DNA from: a bacterium
Lineage (GTDB): Bacteria > RBG-13-61-14 > DATKZS01
Direction: 5' to 3'
NCBI GenBank assembly: GCA_046484135.1
Contig: JAWOBU010000272.1
Location: forward strand, 1-31,804
DNA: 31,804 bases
Of this stretch, positions 25,989 through 31,804 are shown piece by piece; the stretch's first letter is position 1; each line of letters opens with the position of its first letter. The position numbers and the translations under genes were made by a program. Below the pieces are notes generated by a model, which saw only the letters and a list, made by a program, of their open reading frames with translations, did not search any database and was not told where the DNA came from.

Positions 25989-26377
25989 CCGGCTCCCTTT
26001 TCCGTCTTCTCGTCCAGGTACTTCATTACTATTTCCTGGAGCCGCTCCGGCTCGATCGGCTTTACCAGGTACTCGTCCGCGCCCAGTGCAATGCCTTTCT
26101 TCCTGTCCCTTTCCGCTCCTTCGGTGGTTACGACAATGAGGGGAATATGCCGGTAGTTCATGTTGTTCTTCACGAAGTTGATAAGCTCGAGCCCGTTAAT
26201 GTCCGGCATGTTAATGTCCGTGATGATGAGCGCGAACTGTTTTCTCGGCAACTGCTTGAGGGCCTCGAAACCGGTGGAGGCCTCGATGATCTCGAAGTCC
26301 TCCAGCTCCTCCAAGGTGGAGACAAGATAGGCCCGCGTCACCGCAGAGTCTTCGGCAATCAGTATCTGTCTTCCCAT
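25985..26377 (-). CDS. cheY: Single-domain response regulator (CheY-like)
   Basis: IAEDS, ITDINMP, VVTTE, YLVKP. ATGA overlap with cheA; RBS AGGAGG. Confidence 0.85.
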   Translation of the reverse strand: MGRQILIAEDSAVTRAYLVSTLEELEDFEIIEASTGFEALKQLPRKQFALIITDINMPDINGLELINFVKNNMNYRHIPLIVVTTEGAERDRKKGIALGADEYLVKPIEPERLQEIVMKYLDEKTEKGAG

Positions 26378-26512
26378 CGTTCCTCCTGGAAACTCGAAGG
26401 GCCTTCACATTCGCCCCGGAGGGGCCAGGCCGCCCGTTTCAAAGCGGACCGGCGGCCGGCAAAGTTTTTTTCAGCCGGCTTTATCAGAGCGCGCCTGGAA
26501 GGCGGGCTTTCC

Positions 26513-28525
26513 TCAGGACTCCTGGTTCCGGGCCGCATCTTCTCCCGAGTCCCGCAGCCGCATCTCGAGCAGCGCTTTTTCCATGGCCAGTCCGGCCTGG
26601 GCCAGGAATATCTCCAGGCTTTCCGTGTCTCCGATCTCTTTATCTTCGGGCACGTTGTCTCCGTAGATAAGGGCGGCGATCTTTCCCCCCGCTATAATGG
26701 GGGCCACAAAGACCTCGGAAGGCCTTTCTCCGCCCAGGGTCTCCACCAGGTAATCGTTCCATTTATTGGACTTGAGAGGCTTCTTCAAAGGAAGCCGTTT
26801 CTGAATGGCTTCCCGGAAGATAGAGGGCTCGTTCAGGGGTATCCGGATTTGCCGGACGTGTTTCTGCGGGTCCACCCCCTGGATGTCCAGCCCGAACTGG
26901 CCCAGCCCCGCCAGCTTGTTCTTGGCCACCAGAAAGATGATGGCCCGGTTCATGAGCTCCGCCGCGAACCTGAGAACAAGCAGGGTTATCTGCCCGCTGG
27001 AGCTGGGGTCGTTAAGCTCGCTGATCATGGACTTGAGCATCTGGATCCCCCGGCTGGGTACGACATCTCCCTGGTCGGAGACGGGATGGACCTCCTCCCC
27101 GAACTCGCGCCGGAGCTCGTCTCCCAGGTTGACCAGGTCGCCTTCCGACTCGGGAGCCTCTTGCGCCTTTCCCTTGGCGGCAACCTCGGAGCCGAGCGCC
27201 GACTCCAGCACCTGGACAAAGTTGACCAGCTCGGGCGAGCTGTAATCCTCGTCCAACTGGCTGGACTTGGGCTTGGTGAAGAAGTACCTGGCGCCGAGCT
27301 CCTGCGCCCGCTCCCTGGCGGGGGCGTTCTCGTAGTCGGTCATTATGTATACGGGCAGGGACGGGCTTATGCTTCGTGCTTTTTCGAGGAGCTCGAGCCC
27401 TCCCAGGGTGGAGGTCCCTTCCTGGTCGGGCATGATAAGATCGGCCAGCAAGGCGCCGGGCTTGATGCCCATGTCCACGGTCTGTTGGATGTACTTGAGA
27501 GCGCTATCCACCCGGTCAAACCCCCGTACCTGGTATCCCTTCTCCGCCAGGTGATGCCGGAGAGATTCTATCAGGAAAGGCTCGTCATCCGCTATCACGA
27601 GGTCGGGAGGTTTTTCGGTCTCCCGGGAAGGCGCGGTCTCTGGGGGAGCTTTCTGTTCGGTTTCCGGCGGGGGCGCCGGTTCTTCTCCGGTATCAATGGA
27701 TTCAAAGCTTTCCTCCGGCTCTTCCCGGCTTTCCCGTGCGAGGTTCTCCGGCGGGGGAGGCGACACCTGCTCCTGTCCCGCCTGTCCGTGCGACTCATAA
27801 TAGGCCAAGGCCTCCGCTACCGAGCTGAAGTCTTCTTCCACCTCCGAGGTCTTGGGGGTGTTTGCGCTCGCGGGTTGGGAAGGGTTGCTGGAGACGTTCT
27901 CCTGCTCCGGAAGGGCAGACTCCGGCCTTGGTATCTCCACCTCCTCCGGCGCCGGCGGAGTGGCTTTCGAGCCTTTAACGGGCGGTCCCACGGGCGATTC
28001 CGCCATCTCTCTTCTTTTCTCGTCCTGCAGCCTGGTGCCTTCCATGGCCAGGTACTGGGGGCTCAGCCCCGGTTCCATGACAAAGGCGTGCTTGGGAGAA
28101 GGAAGGGAAGAAAGCTCCTCGTCTATCTCTTGCAGCTCGAAGTTGAAGCTGCCCTCCGGCCATCCAAAGAAGGAAAACACGGTGGACTCGATCTCCTCCC
28201 GGACAGTCTCGTCCAGCAGGTCCGCGGACACGCCCATGTCGTTTGCCAGTTGTTCCTTTACCCGGGAGGCATCCGGGAGCGCACTCACAACTTTATCCAC
28301 ATGCTCTGCCCGCTCGGAGGCTATTGCACCTTTGTCCGCCAAGAGCTCTCCCAGCGAGCGGGCCCGGTCCGAGGACACCCCTGCCACTACCTGTCCGTCT
28401 CGAAACAGGATTTTCCCCTCGATCTCGCCCCAGGACAGGTTCAACACACCGGATTTGCGGGAAAGACTGACGATCTGGAGAATGTCCCCCAAACCCAGGT
28501 CTTCAAGATTACCAACCAGACTCAT
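26513..28525 (-). CDS. DUF4388 (PatA-N-like) + acidic linker + receiver + GAF-like domain protein
   Basis: SLVGNLEDLGLGDILQIVSLSRKSGVL...WPEGSFNF; intact receiver IADD/LADLIMP/IMT/TKP; C-terminal VFVAPII..GKIAALIYGDN...LEIFLAQAGLAME. Confidence 0.85.
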   Translation of the reverse strand: MSLVGNLEDLGLGDILQIVSLSRKSGVLNLSWGEIEGKILFRDGQVVAGVSSDRARSLGELLADKGAIASERAEHVDKVVSALPDASRVKEQLANDMGVSADLLDETVREEIESTVFSFFGWPEGSFNFELQEIDEELSSLPSPKHAFVMEPGLSPQYLAMEGTRLQDEKRREMAESPVGPPVKGSKATPPAPEEVEIPRPESALPEQENVSSNPSQPASANTPKTSEVEEDFSSVAEALAYYESHGQAGQEQVSPPPPENLARESREEPEESFESIDTGEEPAPPPETEQKAPPETAPSRETEKPPDLVIADDEPFLIESLRHHLAEKGYQVRGFDRVDSALKYIQQTVDMGIKPGALLADLIMPDQEGTSTLGGLELLEKARSISPSLPVYIMTDYENAPARERAQELGARYFFTKPKSSQLDEDYSSPELVNFVQVLESALGSEVAAKGKAQEAPESEGDLVNLGDELRREFGEEVHPVSDQGDVVPSRGIQMLKSMISELNDPSSSGQITLLVLRFAAELMNRAIIFLVAKNKLAGLGQFGLDIQGVDPQKHVRQIRIPLNEPSIFREAIQKRLPLKKPLKSNKWNDYLVETLGGERPSEVFVAPIIAGGKIAALIYGDNVPEDKEIGDTESLEIFLAQAGLAMEKALLEMRLRDSGEDAARNQES

Positions 28526-28881
28526 GATAGTTTATCCCGGGAAATATGCGCGCTTTTTCTCTCGCTTGCACAGAAACGAAAGATAACACATTCCTTTCTT
28601 TCGGAAGAGCGCATGGTCTCCCGATTATATATCCTTTTTTGACTATTATTTACGCTACCACAGGGCAGAATGATTGTAAACCCCGAACCGGCCGGAGAGC
28701 CCCGTTTGTAAGGCCCCGGCAAGCACTGATACACTCTTTTATCAAGAATGGAAAAGCCGGTGCACACATCCTGAAAAAGCTCCCTTTACACCCGCCTTTT
28801 TTTGTCGGATTATAAATATACCGCGGGCCGGGCTGCCGCTTATTTTCCGGCTGCAACTTTCCGGCCGCCCGGAGGAGAACG

Positions 28882-29514
28882 ATGCACGGAGACGGCATGA
28901 AAAAAGAGCCGGGAGAGAGGCGTTTTAAGAAAAAGATCGTGATCGGGCTCGCGGTCGGGGTCCTGGCCGCGGCCGGCGTGTCAGTAGTCCTGGACGGGTA
29001 CACCCCTTTTTACCGGGCGTTTCTGCAGGCCCCGTCCGAGCCCGGCTTTGCCGAACACGTCGAGGGCATTTCCGGGATTGATTACATAGCCCGGATCAAT
29101 CCCGGCCTGTACCGGGGCGCTTACCCCTTGGACAACCTGAAGGTCCTGCAAAAGCTTGGCATCAATACCATCATCAACTTCAGATACATGGAAGCTCACG
29201 ACTATGGAGACCAAGCCAGGGCCGCGGGCTTCAAGTACCACTGGATGCCGATATACCCGGGAGAGCCTCCCGACCGGGAGTCCATCGAAAAGTTCTTGAG
29301 GATCGTGAACAACCCCGAGAACCGGCCCGTTTATATCCATTGCAACAAGGGCATTGACCGCACCGGCCTCATGGCCGGCATCTACCGGATCGAGCACGAC
29401 GGATGGAAAAACGCGCGGGCGGTGCGGGAGATGGAGTACTTCGGTCACAACGAGCTCTGGCACGACCTGGAAGAAAAATTGAAGTCGTACGAGCCGGGAC
29501 CGGGACGGAACTGA
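28882..29514 (+). CDS. Cys-based dual-specificity/tyrosine phosphatase (Siw14-like) with N-terminal membrane anchor
   Basis: LYRGA.P, GINTIINFR, P-loop HCNKGIDRTG (CX5R), basic plus hydrophobic N-terminus, RBS GGAGGAG. Confidence 0.85.
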   Translation: MHGDGMKKEPGERRFKKKIVIGLAVGVLAAAGVSVVLDGYTPFYRAFLQAPSEPGFAEHVEGISGIDYIARINPGLYRGAYPLDNLKVLQKLGINTIINFRYMEAHDYGDQARAAGFKYHWMPIYPGEPPDRESIEKFLRIVNNPENRPVYIHCNKGIDRTGLMAGIYRIEHDGWKNARAVREMEYFGHNELWHDLEEKLKSYEPGPGRN

Positions 29515-29558
29515 CGGCGGTAACCAATGCGTTTTCAGGGCGCTTGTGATTGTCGTTC

Positions 29559-29587
29559 TTGACGCGGGGAGCTCTTTGGTTTAATCT
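29559..29587 (+). promoter_or_regulatory. Sigma70 promoter upstream of the DUF89 gene
   Basis: TTGACG-N17-TAATCT. Confidence 0.5.
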
Positions 29588-29678
29588 TGACGCGCTGGGG
29601 GAAGAACCATAACTAAAAGGCCATAAAGGCCCGAGCCGAAACCCGAAAGCTTTCTGGTTTTAAAAGGGGGAGTCGAAA

Positions 29679-30527
29679 ATGAAATCGGACAGCAGTTGTT
29701 TTCCTTGCATGGTTAAACAGGCCCATTCCACGGTAGTCCGCACGGTCCCGGACGAGGACAAGCGCTGGGAGGTTTTGACCCTTGCTTCCGCGGTGTTGCC
29801 GGACCTCTCCAGGAACGACTCGCCGGCTTATAACTCTTCGCTTCTTCTCCACGAGGTTAACGAAAAACTGAGGGTGGAAGACCCTTACGCCGAGGCCAGG
29901 AAGGAGCTGAACGAGAAGGCACTTGGCCTTGTTGGCCAGGTGAAAGAGAAGATCAAGTCCTCGGAGGACAAGTTAGAGGCCGCGGTACGGCTCTCGGTGG
30001 CGGGAAACGTGCTGGACCTGGGCATCGGCCACGAGGCCGACCTGGAGGAGACCATGGAGAGCGCGCTGAGCGACGGCTATGCCCGGTTCGAGTACGACGC
30101 TTTCCAGGAGAAGCTGAGCTCCTCGCAACGCATTCTTTATATCCTGGACAACGCGGGCGAGCTGGTTTTCGACAAGCTTGTAATAGATGGCCTGCGCTCG
30201 CACGGCAAGATGGTGGTGGCCGCGGTCAAGGGAGGCCCGGTTTTGAACGACGCCACCCGGGAGGACGCCGTACAGGCGGGGCTGGACAAGTCGGCCAAGG
30301 TAATTGACACCGGCAACAACTTCGTGGGGGTGATCCGGGACAAGTGCTCGGACATGTTCCTTAAGGTCCTGGACTCCGCGGACATGGTCATAGCAAAGGG
30401 ACAGGGGAACTACGAGACACTGGACGAAGAGGGGGACCGGTTCTTTTTCATTCTGAAAGCCAAGTGTCCTTACATCGCCCGGAACCTGGGCATTGACGAG
30501 AACCGGTTTGCACTGGTGCAAGGATAA
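29679..30527 (+). CDS. DUF89/ARMT1-like damage-control metal-dependent phosphatase
   Basis: N-terminal CxxC, DPY, AGNVLD, LDNAGELVFD, PVLNDAT, IAKGQGNYETL, KAKC. Confidence 0.9.
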   Translation: MKSDSSCFPCMVKQAHSTVVRTVPDEDKRWEVLTLASAVLPDLSRNDSPAYNSSLLLHEVNEKLRVEDPYAEARKELNEKALGLVGQVKEKIKSSEDKLEAAVRLSVAGNVLDLGIGHEADLEETMESALSDGYARFEYDAFQEKLSSSQRILYILDNAGELVFDKLVIDGLRSHGKMVVAAVKGGPVLNDATREDAVQAGLDKSAKVIDTGNNFVGVIRDKCSDMFLKVLDSADMVIAKGQGNYETLDEEGDRFFFILKAKCPYIARNLGIDENRFALVQG

Positions 30528-30598
30528 AACCGCTTTTGCCTTCCGCTTCAGACGCGGAGTTTTCAAGTGATATCGAGCAGTAAGAACGGAGGAGAAAA

Positions 30599-31804
30599 AT
30601 GGAGACAAAGATTTTCCTGAACGAATCGGAGATGCCCCGGGAATGGTACAACGTGCTTCCCGACCTGCCGGGCGGGCCTACACCGGTCTTGCATCCTCAG
30701 ACCCTGCAGCCGGTAACTCCCGACGACCTTGCCCCCTTGTTCCCCATGGGACTCATCGAGCAAGAGGTCAGCATGGAGCGGTGGATAAAAATCCCGGAGG
30801 AAATCCTGGACATATACGCCCTGTGGAGACCGTCTCCTCTGGTGCGGGCCCATAAGCTCGAGAAGTTCCTGGATACCCCGGCCCGCATCTACTACAAGTG
30901 GGAAGGGGTAAGCCCTCCCGGCTCGCACAAGCCCAACACCGCGGTGGCCCAGGCCTATTACAACAAGAAGGAAGGCATAAACCGCATCGCCACCGAGACG
31001 GGCGCCGGCCAGTGGGGAAGCGCGCTGTCCTTTGCCGGCAAGGTGCTGGGCATGGAGATCATGGTCTACATGGTCAAGGTGAGCTACAACCAGAAGCCCT
31101 ACCGGAGGATCATGATGGAGACCTGGGGCGCCAAGTGCGTTCCCAGCCCGTCCGAGCTGACCGAGCCGGGCAAGGCGGTGCTGAAGAAGGACCCGGACAG
31201 CCTGGGAAGCCTGGGCATCGCCATCAGCGAGGCCGTGTATGACGCGGCCACCCGGGAGGATACCCATTACTCGCTGGGAAGCGTGTTGAACCACGTCCTG
31301 CTTCACCAGACCGTGATAGGACTGGAAGCAAAGAAGCAGTTCGAGAAGGTGGGGGACTACCCCGACGTGGTCATCGGCTGTGTGGGAGGAGGGTCCAACT
31401 TCGGCGGAGTGGTGCTTCCCTTCATCTACGACAAGCTGAACGGCAAAGAGGTCCGGGCAGTGGCGGCGGAGCCCACCGCCTGCCCCACTCTTACCAAAGG
31501 CATCTACGCTTTCGACTACGGAGACACCGCCAAGATGGCGCCCATCGCCAAGATGTATACCCTCGGGCACGACTTCGTGCCCACCGGCATCCATGCCGGA
31601 GGACTGCGCTATCACGGCGAGGCCCCCATTATAAGCCAGCTCGTCAACCAAAAGCTGATCGAAGCCGTGGCGTATCACCAGAGGCCCTGCTTTGAAGCGG
31701 CAATGACGTTTGCGCAGACCGAGGGACATATCGTTGCTCCCGAGGCCTCCCACGCGGTCAAGGCCGCCATAGACGAGGCATTGAAAACCAAGGAAGAAGG
31801 AAAG
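30599..31804 (+). CDS. trpB2: TrpB2 (tryptophan synthase beta type 2, PLP-dependent); truncated by the window end and absent from the ORF track
   Basis: Frame from ATG 30599 (RBS GGAGGAG): [18 protein letters not shown]...WRPSPLVRA...[18 protein letters not shown]...[10 protein letters not shown]...SLGSVLNHV...[11 protein letters not shown]...HAGGLRYHG...APEASHA. No stop before 31804. Confidence 0.93.
   Translation, partial: METKIFLNESEMPREWYNVLPDLPGGPTPVLHPQTLQPVTPDDLAPLFPMGLIEQEVSMERWIKIPEEILDIYALWRPSPLVRAHKLEKFLDTPARIYYKWEGVSPPGSHKPNTAVAQAYYNKKEGINRIATETGAGQWGSALSFAGKVLGMEIMVYMVKVSYNQKPYRRIMMETWGAKCVPSPSELTEPGKAVLKKDPDSLGSLGIAISEAVYDAATREDTHYSLGSVLNHVLLHQTVIGLEAKKQFEKVGDYPDVVIGCVGGGSNFGGVVLPFIYDKLNGKEVRAVAAEPTACPTLTKGIYAFDYGDTAKMAPIAKMYTLGHDFVPTGIHAGGLRYHGEAPIISQLVNQKLIEAVAYHQRPCFEAAMTFAQTEGHIVAPEASHAVKAAIDEALKTKEEGK

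Noticed and set aside
26147..28642. 831-aa plus-strand ORF, and similar long ORFs such as 23235-24668, 24682-25899, 18048-19058 and 182-931
   Set aside because: Antisense shadows of well-supported genes in GC-rich DNA, with no recognisable motifs.
28658..28725. CACAGGGCA resembling the start of a c-di-GMP-I riboswitch upstream of the che cluster
   Set aside because: The GNRA-capped P2 and GACGCAAAGC core are missing, and the orientation is opposite to the che genes.
30563..31753. 396-aa minus-strand ORF
   Set aside because: Antisense to trpB2, whose plus-strand frame carries all the family motifs.

Overview
GC-rich bacterial chromosome segment that looks deltaproteobacterial (Desulfobacterota/Myxococcota-like gene content; taxonomy is an inference). 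From left to right it carries: the 5' end (domain I) of a group IIC intron on the minus strand, inserted right after the intrinsic terminator of a porin-like outer-membrane gene that has a ~260-nt purine-rich leader; a beta-CASP metallo-beta-lactamase RNase; a polytopic membrane protein; a sigma54 activator with a degenerate receiver; a reduced yceD-rpmF-fabD-fabG-acpP cluster; a divergent miaB-DUF151-vanZ operon; a GMC oxidoreductase with a small partner gene; a POTRA-less Omp85 barrel and a membrane protein. Next comes an 11-gene, 12.9-kb chemosensory cluster with no chemoreceptor (DUF4388-REC-GAF, cheY, cheA, ExeA-like ATPase, two cheW, Zn-ribbon-REC, HEAT-CheR fusion, cheB, coiled-coil-GAF, cheY). 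The window ends with a membrane-anchored Cys phosphatase, a DUF89 phosphatase and a stand-alone trpB2 that runs off the right edge. No rRNA, tRNA or CRISPR array was seen. All family calls are by motif recognition without database searches.
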